A stretch of 64,000 nucleotides of DNA from Octopus bimaculoides. Lineage: Eukaryota. Of this stretch, positions 1 to 13,393 are shown one piece after another; the stretch's first letter is position 1, and each line of letters begins with the position of its first letter. The stretch spans positions 78,551,043 through 78,615,042 of the forward strand of contig NC_068983.1 in assembly GCF_001194135.2 (NCBI RefSeq), given 5' to 3'. The position numbers and the translations under genes are program-made. The notes below the pieces were generated by a model, which was not told the origin of the DNA, searched no databases, and worked only from the letters and a program-made list of their open reading frames with translations.

Positions 1-125
1 GGTTTTGGGTTCAGTCACACTGTGTGACACCTTGGGCAAGTGTCTTCTACTATAGCCTCAAGTCGACCAAAGCCTTGTGAGTGGATTTGGTAGATGGAAA
101 CTGAAAGAAGCCTGTCGTATATATA
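1..125 (+). mobile_element. SINE family A head fragment (tRNA-like head plus body)
   Basis: GGTTCAGT B-box-like motif, then CACCTTGGGCAAGTGTCTTCTACTATAGCC...GGAAACTGAAAGAAGCC, recurring at 9.7, 14.8, 25.1 and 51 kb. Confidence 0.75.
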
Positions 126-234
126 TATTGGAAGGTTTGGAGGTGATGTACAGGAATTATATATTAGACAAAATAATAAGGTACTCAGATATCTGGATGG
201 TTGTACATTTACAGATTTTTATTAATATGTCACA

Positions 235-740
235 TGTTTTATAAATATTAGCACTTGCACCTATGCTTTTGATCGTCCATGAGCAAGCAAGGTACAAATT
301 TTGCTGCAGCTCTTTGCATTTGCAATTCCTCACTCAAAATTCGTTGGCAGGAGTTCCAGGACACACCAGTTATATCAACAAGTTCGTCAATTGTTTGGTA
401 GCAGTTCTCCAAGATCAGATCAGTTCATGAATTTTCCATGATGTTTTCATGCATTTGGGAGGTCGACAGCTCTCCTGAATGAGGTTGGTCTTCAAACAAC
501 AAGTGACCATTCCTAAAGTGTGCAAACCACTCATAAACTTGTGTTTTGATCATGGCAGCATCCTTGTAAGCTGTTTGAAGCATGACAACTATTTCAGCCA
601 CCATTTTCTCCAACAGAAAACAAAATTTCGTGGAAGCACACTGTTCCTTCATTTCAGCCATCACAAAAATCAATGAACTGGGAGAAGCACTGCAAAGCAA
701 AGATACACCACATGGCAGTTTGACTTCACTTGACGACACC
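235..740 (-). mobile_element. mariner transposase N-terminal remnant
   Basis: ORF 425-739 reads KFCFLLEKMVAEIVVMLQTAYKDAAMIKTQVYEWFAHFRNG (mariner HTH); further on, ILSEELQMQRAAAKFVPCLLMDDQK matches the mariner WVP-type linker. Confidence 0.85.
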
Positions 741-1247
741 AGTCAGCAGACTCGTGCATGAGGGTTGAATCAAGTAGCTTCTAACAGTGGCAACCTGAAC
801 TACACAGAGAACATTTCCAGTTACTTTTGAGTACCCCCATCGTAAGTATTTGATAAGATTTACTGTTATCTTTACTATCAAACTAGTGCTTTGGATCCAA
901 CTTAACAAAATTTTCTTACATAAAATGTTGACAGGGTGTTTAAATTTACATGTAACTATTTAGAATGTATAGTTTTTGCATCATAAAAACCAGGGGAAGT
1001 CTAAAGCAGTTTAGTATTAAAATAGTTAATAGGTTGAACAGCTGACTGAAAGATTAGGAACTGAGCTCAAATCTTAATTCAGCCAATTAATTCTTGCCAA
1101 ATCATATAACTCCTTATTTGTCTCAATCTACTTAACTGACAATAAATACCTGCCACATGTACTCCACAGTTAAGCAGAACCAATGAGGGAGCATTTATAT
1201 CATTTGACTCACAAAAACACAGCAGTCGAATCTCACTCAATTCATAC

Positions 1248-1323
1248 TCTGCAATCAAGTACACATTGGATAATGTAATCATGGCCCACTGTGCCATAGA
1301 AAGGAATGATGGTTTGGTCATCA
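1248..1323 (-). CDS. candidate internal exon, unknown protein (DDQTIIPFYGTVGHDYIIQCVLDCR)
   Basis: Acceptor cattttag|, donor |gtatga, open frame in non-repetitive sequence. An alternative frame (MTKPSF...) with other donors also exists. Confidence 0.3.
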
Positions 1324-2454
1324 CTAAAATGGCTTTGATTATATGTCTGTTTGATTATGTCTAACATGGAACAAACAACAAAAACAACTTCCCAGTTAAA
1401 TGTTTCTAGGAAGGATTGGTAAGTAGTTGTAAAAGATAAAATAAAATAAAAAAAACAATATACTACCCATGTGAATACAGGGAAAAAAACATAAAATAAG
1501 GAAAATAATTTAGCAACTTTTACAATTGAAATAATTTATCCAGAATGTTAAGCTACCTGCATCATGGAAGGCAGGATAGTATATACTAACATTTCTTTTT
1601 CCTTCACTCACATTGAAATAAGCAATGTAACAAACATAGATGAAAATACTCTTGACAAAAGAAAATATATGCATGATATTGTGAATGAACAATAATTCTT
1701 CCTTCATTGCTTGTCACCATGTAATGGCAAATGTGCAAAATATATTTTATTCCTAAATGTTTCTCAGTTCTTTTCATTTTTTAAATGGTTGCATTTTATT
1801 ATTTATTTATCCATTTATTTATTTATTTATTTTTCCAGCTTCCCTGTGGAAGAATTTTGAATTTGTTTCTTGAATTGGGTGATCATTATTTACATTTTCT
1901 ATTCAAGCAAATTTCCATATCCTGAATTTTTATCTCTTGAGATAGTGGTGAATAAATTTTTAGATGATATATCCAGCAAAAATAGAAGGATAAAAATTAT
2001 TCTTGTTTATGTAAAGAAATATTGAAAAGATATTTTTCTCTTCTATTAAAAATTGCTTATTAGCAGGCTGTCATTAAAAAGAAAAATAAGTGGGAAGCTA
2101 ATACGAGTCGTCAAAAATGATTGTTTCTTAATAATGTAAAATAGAAATGCATGTAATACATAAAGAACATGTACATTGCAATGCTTCAGATATTTTTGCA
2201 ATTCATCCTCAAAATGCCTGGAAGTCTATACAACCTTAATGCTACTTTTTCTGCCATTAGTTTCTCTGCATTAAATGTGTTATTCAACTTAGCTAACTAA
2301 GGACTTTCACAAGCTTGCATTGAAGCTTCTACATTAATACTTGACCTGAAGAAATTACAACTAGATCTTCCTTAAATGCTACACTAATAGCTTTAAAAAC
2401 AGCAAAATATACAGGATTAACAAAAATTAGTTTCAAATTTTAGCATTAGACCAG

Positions 2455-2640
2455 CAGTTTCAGAAGAGGGGTCTAGTCTATTACATCAATCCTAGTACTC
2501 AACTGGTACCTATTTTACTGACCCTAAAAGGATGAAAGACAAAGTCAACCTTGGGCAGGATTTTAACTCAGAAGATGAAAACAGATGAAATGCTGCTTAG
2601 CATTTTGCCCAGTGTATTATGATTCTGCCATCTCACCATC
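2455..2640 (-). mobile_element. SINE family B
   Basis: Contains ACTGGTAC...AAGGATGAAAG.CAAAGTCAACC core shared with copies at 8.2, 10.8, 28.3, 58 and 63 kb. Confidence 0.7.
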
Positions 2641-2799
2641 TTAGGATTCACTAATATCAAATATAACATACTAGAAAGGAAGATAAGATGCTCACAGCCA
2701 GAATGCTAGTTGAATGATGTGTTCATAGCAGAAATATTTTTTACATCATATGTACAGGCCATTAAAAAATAGCAATAGAGATAAATTTGTATGTATCAT

Positions 2800-3160
2800 T
2801 ATAATCATCATCATCGTTTAACGTCCGCTTTCCATGCTAGCATGGGTTGGACGATTTGACTGAGGACTGGTGAAACCAGATGGCTACACCAGGCTCCAAT
2901 CTGATTTGGCAGAGTTTCTACAGCTGGATGCCCTTCCTAACGCCAACCACTCAGAGAGCGTAGTGGGTGCTTTTACGTGACACCGGCACGAAGGCCAGTC
3001 AGGCAGTACTGGCAATGGCCATGCTCAAAATGGTGTATTTTATGTGCCACCCGCACAAGAGCCAGTTCAGGGGCACTGGCAACGATCTCGCTCGAAAGTC
3101 CTTTCACATGCCGCAGTCACAAGTGCCAGAAAGGCGTCGCTGGGCACATTTGCCATCACA
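2800..3160 (-). mobile_element. SINE family C ((GAT)n-tailed)
   Basis: (CAT)n-CGTTTAACGTCCGCTTTCCATGCTAGCATGGGTTGGACG...GGATGCCCTTCCTAACGCCAACC; near-identical copy at 46.0 kb. Confidence 0.8.
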
Positions 3161-3374
3161 ATTTTGCTTTCGCTTATGTATGTATGTATGTCTACATATG
3201 TACACACTTTATAAGTTGAGGCTACCATCAGTTTCATGTTTAAGAGAAATCCATTAGCAGTTATCAAACTTGCCACATAGAACGACATTGTTTGTCTCAA
3301 TCTTGGATTAAAGCACAATAAAATCACATAAGATCACCATAAAACAATGTGAGATTTTGGATAAATAAAATGAA

Positions 3375-3890
3375 TATCAAGGAAGGAAACTATTGAATTA
3401 TTATCTTACTTGCCATAATTTTAAGTTAAATTCGATTCAATTTGGATTTTCTGTGCTCATATAGATACATACACATGTCTGCATTGATATTTTAAGTGTG
3501 TGCACTTAATAGATTGTATTTAGATATTGTAGCTATGTGTGTATGTGTGTGCATGAATATACATGTTTATGTATGCATATGCAAAGAGTGATACATGATC
3601 CATGGACTGAAAATATATATACTTATATATATATAATCATATATACATAAGAAATATACACAATTACAACAACACTGTAAAATGTTTGATGTCAAAACGT
3701 GTGATAAACATATGAAACTTCACAACTGGGTGCATATATTCGTAAATATGATCCTATAGGTACACACATTTAATATCAATATGGGTATGTGTGTGCATCA
3801 CTATGTGAGCAGAAAATTCGAATCAAATCGAATTTAAATTAAATTTGTGGCAAGGGAGGTAATAAATGAGTAGCTTGGTTTCTACCATAT
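3375..3890. mobile_element. MITE-like element with long imperfect inverted arms
   Basis: About 3400-3512 (CTTGCCATAATTTTAAGTTAAATTCGATTC...) is the reverse complement of about 3750-3865 (...GAATCAAATCGAATTTAAATTAAATTTGTGGCAAG). Confidence 0.65.
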
Positions 3891-4479
3891 TGGGGGTTTT
3901 TATTTCTTTGTACTCAGGATTATCCTTCTGACAGATTTCATTATAGTGTCCTAGCTACAACGTCATCTTTTATTGGTAGTTAATACCGTGATGACATTTT
4001 CGGACAACTGCTTATGATGTGGTTGATATCTTCAGTGTGAACTCCACAAAGTCTGCATTGGTTGTTATATTTTATGGCCTTTCCCACAGCTCTATCCCTT
4101 TTGTGCATCAGGTACTTGGTTGTATGTATGTATGTATGTATGTATGTGTAGACACAGAATAGTTGATTTTTTTAAGATGTTCACTTTACAACCATTAGGT
4201 CCTGGGTTTAATCCTACTGCATGGCTCCCTAGGCAAATGTCATTTTCTATAACTTTAGGTCAACTCATCCCAAGTAAATGAAATCAGGCAGATAAAAGCT
4301 GTACAGAAGCCCATAAGGTGGACTGTACTTGTAATTCAGAAGGTACAGCCTTGTCACAACTATATGACACTGATTTTTCCTGAGAATTGCATTTGTGGTA
4401 TTCTCACCTATTTACACATTAATTAAAGAGCAGGAAACTCCGTTGATTAAACAACTGAATCCTGATCATCAAACACCAG

Positions 4480-6770
4480 GGACCCACTGCCCCTGGGTTT
4501 GCATGTGAGCATGTGTGTGTCACTAACAACCTCATTAACTGTCCCATCAGGTTATACACTCCAACTATAGTACTCTCACAAACACTATTGTTGAGGAAAA
4601 CTTCAAAGAATTCAATATTTCCTGGTTTTTAAATAGAATAGATTACAAATGTGACAACTTAATAGTATCACAGATAAACTCCCTTTACAACTTCAATAAC
4701 TATCACCAACACACACACACACACACACACACATGTATGCACACACTCATGTACATCACCAAGTCAACTACAACAACTCCTCACCAGACATGATCTTCTT
4801 CCACAACCACTTGGCAAACACTTCCCCAAGTTTCCTTAGACAACCTACCAATTATCATCACAATAGACTTGTGCATTAATGAAGAATGCAAAAACACACT
4901 TTTACAAACTTCAAAAAAATACAATAGAATAAGCTCCATTAAGAAACAGAATTAAGTTTTTCAGAATTCAACATCATTATCATTATTATCAAAACAGACA
5001 CTACAGTATATACATTCAACAATATAATTATAGATGCATCAAAAAAACATATTCCACAAAACAACTTTAAAAAATGCAATCCAATTACACACCAGAAAGA
5101 GTCAACCGCATAAAAACCAGAGACAGTCTTAAACACAATACACAAAAGCTGTGTAGGAGCAAAATAAAATTCAACCTCAAAAATTTAAACAATGAAATAA
5201 CAAAAGATAAATATAAACCAGACACAAAATAAAAACTGCTAAATATTTTAATCAAATATAAATCACAAGATTAAAAATAACACACTAAATAAAGTAATTA
5301 GCAACAACATTAACAACAACAGAAGTCACACTCCCACCCCATGTCACAATAATGACCTCGTATGATATACAACTCTGCAATAACAAGCAGATGTCCTTGT
5401 TAGATATGTTTTGAAAATTAGCTGCTAAAAACCAAAGAAAGAAGACAGGCCCACAAAATGAAAAACACACTTTCCCCTAAACCACAATTTTTATCTCTTC
5501 TTTCTATCAAACATCCCAAGATTAATGGGAAAATATAAAACCTTCAATGCCCCAGGGTAAATGACAAACACATACCAATAACATTTAGAGTCTGAATCCA
5601 TGCACTAACCAATGTCTACAACTATTTGTATCAACACTACTAAATTCATGGAATCTCAAAAGTTGAAAAAACCATAATTCTAATGCCCATTGTAAACCCA
5701 AATGAAATAACACCATACAATCCCATTGCCCTCCAATACAATCTTCAAAAATTTTTTAAAGAAATACAACTATTCAGATCACTACACCCAACCACTATAC
5801 TATTTACATACCTACCACACAAAATATTTCATAGATTCAACCACACAGCAAAAATAATTTCTTTTACATACCGTTCTAATTAATATTGATATAAGCAAAA
5901 ACTCCAGACTCCATTCCTCACTATCCACTCATAAAAATTAGCCAACACCACTTCAAAAATAATACAAAATATTGGCTAGCAAACTGCCAATCAGTTATCC
6001 AAGCCAATGTACCTTTTCCAAATAACAGAGGAATCTGTTCTTTCACCCACCGTTTTCAACTTGTAACCAATCTACAACTCCACAAAACATATAAACAGAC
6101 TCGTATGCAGATGATGTCACATTCACAACCTCCCACTCTCTTTCAGATACTGTTACACAGCTACTCAAACCTAGAAACCAGGCTCCACATCAGTAGCTGC
6201 TACCAAATAGATTGTCTCCGTTTACACCGGCAATACTAGAAAATATCAAATGTAATTCAGCAACATAGACATACCCTTGTTGCTGTTGGCACTCCATCGC
6301 TTACAACGTCGAGGGTTCCAGTTGATCCGATCAACGGAACAGCCTGTTCGTGAAATTAACGTGCAAGTGGCTGAGCACTCCACAGACACATGTACCCTTA
6401 GCATAGTTCTCGGGGATATTCAGTGTGACACAGTGTGACAAGGCTGACACTTTGAATTACAGGCACAACAGAAACAGGAAGTAAGAGTGAGAGAAAATAG
6501 TGGTGAAAGAGTACAGCAGGGTTCGCCACCATCCCCTTGTGAAGCTTTAGGTGTTTTCGCTCAATAAACACTCACAACACCCAGTCTGGGAATCGAAACC
6601 ACGATTCTATGACCGTGAGTTCACTGCCCTAACCACTGGGCCATTGTGCCTCCTACATACCCTCCACACACAAGATAAAGATACCTTCACAATATAGATA
6701 TTAAAAATACAAAATAACATGCAAACACTCTTAGAACAATCACAGACTGTTCTGTGTGCATCCTATGAAT
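4480..6770 (+). mobile_element. decayed LINE, Ingi/Vingi-like (endonuclease-RT remnant)
   Basis: MPIVNPNEITPYNPIALQYNLQKFF resembles RT domain 1-2 (IPILKP...YRPISLL); SYADDVTF at 6101-6124; many stops and frameshifts. Clade assignment is inference. Confidence 0.7.
6278..6654 (-). mobile_element. SINE family D (tRNA-derived) nested in the LINE
   Basis: tRNA-like head GGAGGCACAATGGCCCAGTGGTTAGGGCAG...GTTTCGATTCC on the minus strand; 9-bp TSD ACATACCCT at 6269-6277 and 6655-6663. Confidence 0.85.
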
Positions 6771-7464
6771 TATTATCTGTTTGGCAGACATCAGCACATA
6801 TCAGCAAACAATTTCTTTGCTGATTCCTAAAACCAAGAGCTCATGCTCTTGCAAGATTCATCATTCTAGTGGAAAAGTCTTGATTGAGGAGACACACAAC
6901 AAGGTTGAAACATCACAATATCTCAAAGTTTCTTTATACCGGTGACTCTCATATGTGTTATGAACATACATTATTTAAAGGGAAGTGTTCTGTGATGATG
7001 AAAAATAACAGCAATTAAATATTCACACTGAAATCTGCCAGAATGTATTAAGAATGAATAGATACATTATTACAAGAAACCTACAAGGGGGAAATAACTG
7101 CTGAAGTAGTACAGAGACAAAAAGACTTTTTTCTATGGGCTATTGAGCATGGTACTGCTGCATAATGAAACTCAATAATTCTTTATTATGGCTACATTTT
7201 CAGTAATGAACAACACAACACTTTAATACCTTCTTACAGTTATTATAAATGCACTTGACCCATAAAAAGTAGGTATCTCAGTCACTCTTTATGTTCTCTA
7301 AATTGTTTATGGAAGAAAACAGATTTTATGCTACTGCCAATGGGGATAAGAAGTCTATAATCATAGAAAACACATTAACTTATGAAAACCTAAAACAAGT
7401 ATTGAAGAGAATATAATCTCATTTGATTATGTCAATATTTTGTAATTTTTTCTTTATTACTCAG

Positions 7465-7466
<2 letters not shown>

Positions 7467-7539
<73 letters not shown>
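7467..7539. repeat. (CA)n microsatellite
   Basis: Directly visible. Confidence 0.95.
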
Positions 7540-7547
<8 letters not shown>

Positions 7548-8039
7548 ATCTTACTTTATAAGATGACTTATTATTTGCAGTTTAAATTTTTTAACTCAAC
7601 AGACGTAGCAATCAGCCTTGCAATTCAAACAATAGTGTTACTAATAGACATACAGATTTAATTTCTATGGTATCCTACTTAGGGCCCTGCACTTTAAAGT
7701 TTTTAGCTGGTTATACTAACCCAGTACTTTGCCTTGTAATGAAAGGTAAATCTTACTTGCATAGAATTTAAATGCAGAATGCTTAAGGGATGTAACCAAA
7801 TACACTAATTTTTATGATGTTCTGACAAATCTATCAATTTAGTTATGATAAGTTCTCCACTTCTCAGATTTAATATCTAGCTTCAAAACTGTATATAAGC
7901 ATGAGTGATACCATGGAGTAAATATGTCACTACTTCACACTTCTCATTCTCAATAGCACTCAGGCTTCAGTACTAAAATAAGATAAACAAACCTGCCTTT
8001 ATACCAGGTATACTAGACAATACCAAATACATCCATCTT

Positions 8040-8360
8040 TACTAGTTGGCCTTAGCATAATTTGAACTCAGAACGTAAAGATAGACGAAATACTGGTAAC
8101 CATTTCACCCAGCATGCTAAAGTTTCTTATTTCTTTATTGCTCACAAAGAGCTAAACATAGAGGGGACAAACAAGGACAGACAAAGGGATTAAGTTGATT
8201 ACATTGACTCCAGTGCATAACTGGTACTTAATTAATCGACCCTGAAAGGATGAAAGGCAAAGTCGACCTCGGCGGAATTTGAACTCAGAATGTAACGGCA
8301 GACGAAATACTGTTAAGCATTTTACCTGGCGTGCTAACGTTTCCGCCAGCTCGCTGCCTT
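8040..8360 (-). mobile_element. SINE family B, two adjacent copies
   Basis: ATCGACCCTGAAAGGATGAAAGGCAAAGTCGACCTCGGCGGAATTTGAACTCAG; the TTTGAACTCAGAA.GTAA segment occurs twice. Confidence 0.75.
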
Positions 8361-8761
8361 ATGCTGTTAATAGTGTTTGAACCATGCATAAATGACAAAA
8401 CATTCACTTTGAACAATTTTCTAATTAGTATTTCTCACTACTTGTTGACAGATATTGCACTTTTATAAAACATCGGATAGAAAACTTAGATATTTGAGGT
8501 TTTCAAAGGTTGAGTTCACTTATAAATACCTTTAAAAACGTAGTAGGGTGTTGTATAGTTCATTGTTGAAAATGGTAACAATGGTGCAGAACTGCTGAGT
8601 GTTTCATTAAGCCACAGAACCAAGTCTAACAATGCCTAGTAAGGAAGTAAGGAAGTGCTTTTCATATTCATGATTCATTAGCAGGAATTTCTCTCATCTA
8701 AGATGTCATTTATATTTCTAATAATTAATCATACTTAACTATCAGTCATACTTGACATAGA

Positions 8762-8990
8762 CCATCATCATCATCATCACTGTCATTGTCATCATCGTTT
8801 TAACTTAACTTTTCCATGCTTGCATAAGTCAGATAGAATTCATTGAAGCAGATTCTTAATGGCTGGATTTCCTTCCTGTGACCAACCCTCACCTGTTTCC
8901 AAGTAAGGTACTATTACCTCTAAACCAGACATGTTTTCTGGAAGATTAAAATTTCATTGCTTCTATGACAGTGACACTCAAATATTATGC
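8762..8990 (-). mobile_element. SINE family C, diverged
   Basis: (CAT)n-CGTTTTAAC...TTTCCATGCTTGCAT. Confidence 0.55.
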
Positions 8991-9074
8991 AATGTCAAGA
9001 CAAGGAGACACTAGTACACACACACACACACACACGACTCTCTCTCTCTCTCTCTCTTTCAATATATTTATGAT

Positions 9075-9270
9075 GATGATGAGCTTCTTTCAGTTTCCAT
9101 CTACTAAATCAGTGGATTTAGTAGCTGGAAAATGATTTTGTAGCGAACACTGATTTAGCGTCTTCTATTGTAGCCTGGGGCTATAATAGAAGACACTTGT
9201 CCACAATGCTACCCAGTAGGATTGAACCCAAAACTCTGTGGTTAGATAGTGAACTTCTCAACCACACAAC
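9075..9270 (-). mobile_element. SINE family A head
   Basis: GCTTCTTTCAGTTTCC...GAAGACACTTG...GATTGAACCC. Confidence 0.6.
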
Positions 9271-9649
9271 TAATATAACGACTGTGTGGTTTTATCTGTT
9301 TAAAACATAAGTGAATATAACCCAATATTATTCTTCTGAAAGACTAAAATATCAGAAGCTTTTATTACCACGTATATAATTTTATATAATATATATTGTA
9401 AACTTTTCTCAAATAAACAGTAATATAATTATCATTCAATGAGATTGAAAGATTTTATCTTTTCTTTGAGAAGGATGGGTCAACTATGTTTCCTGCACCA
9501 CCACCTCCACCATCCTAATATTTGACAGTGGTTATTTTATCGACTTTGAAACAAAATGCAAAGCCAACCTCAACAGGATTTAATCTCCACATGTAAAGAA
9601 GCACAATGTAAAACCACAAGGTATTTTGTCTGACGCTTCACCTATAGGC

Positions 9650-10030
9650 ACAGGCATGGCCGTGTACTTATGGAGCTCACATTGTGAATGTGTGGTTTTG
9701 GGTTTAGTCCCACTTCACAGCACTTTGGAAAAATGTCATCTGTTATAACTCAAGGCCACCCAATGCCTTATGATTGAATTTTGTAGACAGAAACTGTATG
9801 GAAGCCTATTGCATATGTGTGTATGTATGTTTGACTGAATATATGTTTGTCCTCCCAGCAGTACTTAACAACCAGTGGTAGTTTGTTTACATCCCTGTGA
9901 CATAGTGGCTTGTCAAAAGACCAATAGAAGTACCAGACCTAAGAATAAGCACTGGGTTCGATATGTTCAATTAAACTCTTCAAAGTGGTGCCCCAGCATG
10001 ATCACAGTCTCATGACTGAAGCTAGCGAAA
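9650..10030 (+). mobile_element. SINE family A, full length, diverged
   Basis: Head GGCATGGCCGTGT...GGTTTAGTCCC, TG spacer, tail ...GTGGTGCCCCAGCATG...ATGACTGAA. Confidence 0.7.
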
Positions 10031-10589
10031 GACAAAAATATTATCTTCCATCTTCTATCACCAAGTTCAACTATAACAGAAATATAACACTTCTTCAATG
10101 AATTCTTCTTTTGGTGACATCATGCTTTTCTCTTTACTTTTTTCCTTTTTGCTCCTCATGTATATTTATATATTTGGCATCAAGAAAGAGATCAACCTCC
10201 TATAGGTATACTATGACATGCCAGGAATTACACTTAAAGATTGGGATAAAGTAGAACTGCATGACCAGGTTTGTGACAATATTTGCCATCTTGATCTCCT
10301 CATGGAATCTCTATGACAGATGAAACTTGAAGCATATCAATGCAAACAGCATGCTTGTCTAAAATTTTGCATTTGGCAGTTTATGAAATATGGAAACGTC
10401 TTAAAATGACTCAACTGTCATTTTAGCATAGGAAAATAGTATTGTAGATGTCGAATGAAAGATTTTGATACTTAATAACATATAATACTAATATAAATAA
10501 AATAAAACTAAATATAACTACATATGTGTGTTTTCAATGGCTATAATGACTCTGATGTATATTATTGAAGGTACATAGTATAGCATTTA

Positions 10590-10900
10590 GAATGTCTGTT
10601 GGGTTCTTGATTGTAATGTTGTAGGTTCAATTCCAGATTGTGCGGTATGTTGATCCCTTGAGCAATGTACTTCATTTCTCATTATTCCAGTCCAAAGCTG
10701 TGAGCTGGCAGAATTGTTAGCATGCAGGCAAAATGCTTAGCAGCATTTTTGTGTTCTGAGTTAAAAATCTGCTGAGATCGACTGTGCCTTTCATCCATTT
10801 GGGGTCAATATGATAAGTACTATTTGAGTTCTGGGGTCAATGTAACCAACTTACTCCCACCCCTGAAACCTTGTGTCAAAATTTGAAACCATTATTCCAG
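10590..10900 (+). mobile_element. SINE family B with tRNA-like head
   Basis: GAGCTGGCAGAATTGTTAGC...GCCTTTCATCCATTTGGGGTCAATA. Confidence 0.7.
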
Positions 10901-12729
10901 CCAACTCAACTGAAAATGAATACCAACCATAGTCGTGGTTGATGCCAGTGTCATGTAACAGGCACTCATGCTGGTGGTACATAATAAGCACCCTTCGGAC
11001 ATTGGGCCTCACAGAGGTAATAAGTATGTGATTGAGTAGAAGATAAGGCAGATTTTTACCTTGCAATGAGCTGGTTTCCCATTCAAGAAGGAATGTTGCA
11101 TCCTCAGCCACTTATATACCAAAAAGTAAAGCAGAATAAGCTCTAAACTAATGAGCCTGTAGGCACAACACAGACTTGAACTATTTTAATGACTCTATTA
11201 AGTGAAATTGTTTAACTTTCATCATCCAATCTCAGTTTAAGTCATTTGCCAAGCAAGCAAAATCCCTATTAAAAATAAATCCATTTTCCTTTTAATCAGT
11301 TACATTTCATATATTGTAACTACCAAGGTTACATTCATAATTAACATGAATTTAACCAAAGGTTAGCTTCGTAATTAAGGCTGTGAGCCACTAAGAAATA
11401 ATATTGGAGTATAAAGCTTTCATCTTCATTTCACCATCATTATCATCTTCATCAATGACATTTTCCATCGATTCACCACCATCACCACTACCACTACCAC
11501 CACCCAACTAACCAATGAGATATGCCACCTTCTTCAATACTGGACACAGAGTTTCTAACTCTATTTGTCATTTATTGATCTCTTTGTTCAGATTTCTATG
11601 TATATGTCACATTCACATGTGTATGTGATGAGGCCAAGGTTCTACATAATTCTTCTGATCCCTAACAGCAGATCATACAATACACTGGCAAGCATAATTT
11701 GCTGGAAAGAAGTTAAAAGTGCTTTGTGGACTGGCTGATGAGAAACCTGACTGAAAGAAGATAACAGTAAAGCTGTTGCTAACATACTAGATATAGTGAG
11801 CCAAGAAATTTTAATTAATTAAAATTACACCTATGGTGAGGAGTACAGTTTCATCATAATAATCATCATGACTTTTGAATGAGTTATATAGTTCAAACTG
11901 GCCTCTAACTCTTACTTTCTTCAAGTAAAATATCCATTCTCATTTGATAGAATCAGATGCAATATATGATATTCGATATATTAGTTATTGTTGGTGGAAA
12001 TGTTATTATAGGTCTACTCTGGTTTCAATCTGCTACCACCTTACTACATACCAACAATAAATTCTCTATTTCTTTCTTCAATACACTGTTTGATTGAAAT
12101 ATTTGACATCTCTCATTTTCCTGACTTCATATTACATTAAATTAGCATTAAATTACCTGTTTTTACGAGGCTTAACTGAAATCAAAGAAAGTATGGAGAT
12201 CTCTTCCTTGTTCTTTTTTCCTGAATAAATATGATCTTAATTCTTACAAATCTTATGCTGATTATTTTATGATTCTAAGGGCAGCTTTTTATTAGATTTC
12301 CTTTCTTTCTTTGCTTTTCTTTCATAATTCCTACCGAATTAAGTGATTGCTTGAGGCTTATTTTATTGTTGGTTTCTTCCTACCTTGTTAGGAGTGACTT
12401 CCAATAGAAAAAAATGAAAGGAGGAAAATTAATAAACATTATTTACAGAAACATGATTCAGACATGTCCAAAACCAAGTCTTCAGGGATGTAACAATGCT
12501 ATAAATAAATAATATTTCCTTATTACATCTATCAAATATTTTACTCTAACTTTACTTTAGTTTTTATCTGCTACCGATCTACAGCAATTCTTTAGCCAAC
12601 AAGCTGAGTATAAAGTGTTGGAAGACTATTGGAATGTAAACAAGTATATGCCTAGACACAATTCATTTACATAATAGTATATGATTGGTGGCCAGACATT
12701 TATTACTAGAGTACCAATACAGTGAAGAC

Positions 12730-13330
12730 AATCATTATTGTCATTTAATGTCTGCTTTCCATGCTGGCATGGGTTGAATGGTTTGACAGGAGCTGGCCAG
12801 CTGGAGTGTTGCCCAGGTTCCAGTTGTCTGTTTTGACACGGTTTCTATAGCTGGAGCCCTTCCTAATGCCAACCACTTCACAAAGTGCACAGGGTGCTTT
12901 TTACGTGACACCTGCACAGGCGTTTTTATGTAGCACCAGCATAGAAGCTTTTACATGGCACCAGCATTGGCACATTTACATGGCACCAGCACAAGTGCTT
13001 TTACATGGCACCAGCACCTGTGAACCCTCAAGGGAAGGACCTCTTGGCTGAGTACAGAGCCTCTTGTATGTACAGAGGGCCACAGTCATCTCAAGCGCAG
13101 CAAACCACCAGAAGTCTAAGCCCTTTATCATCTCCTCAGTGAGGCTCTATGTCTGATGATCCTTTCTCACTACTTCTTCCCTCATCTTCCTTTCACAGGC
13201 TCCCTCCACATTTAGAGATCGTTACTTCTTTATACATCTGTCCTCATCCATATGCCTCATTTTGCCATACCAGTACAGTCTTCTCTCTTGCACACTACAA
13301 CTGATGCCTCATATCCAATTTTTCTCTCGA
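12730..13330 (-). mobile_element. SINE family C followed by an RTE LINE 3' fragment
   Basis: Family C motif at 12740-12900; 13090-13330 is the antisense of the RTE 3' end seen at 49.5-49.7 kb. Confidence 0.7.
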
Positions 13331-13393
13331 ATCATTTTCTCTTAAATCATTCTGAATGAGTGAATAAATATATGGAACCATATTTACATGCAT

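Noticed and set aside
11380-11570. Gly/Asp-rich minus-strand frame (ELETLCPVLKKVAYLIG*LGGGSGSGDGG...)
   Set aside because: Purine-rich acceptor, upstream stops in all frames, and trinucleotide-repeat origin of the low-complexity part.
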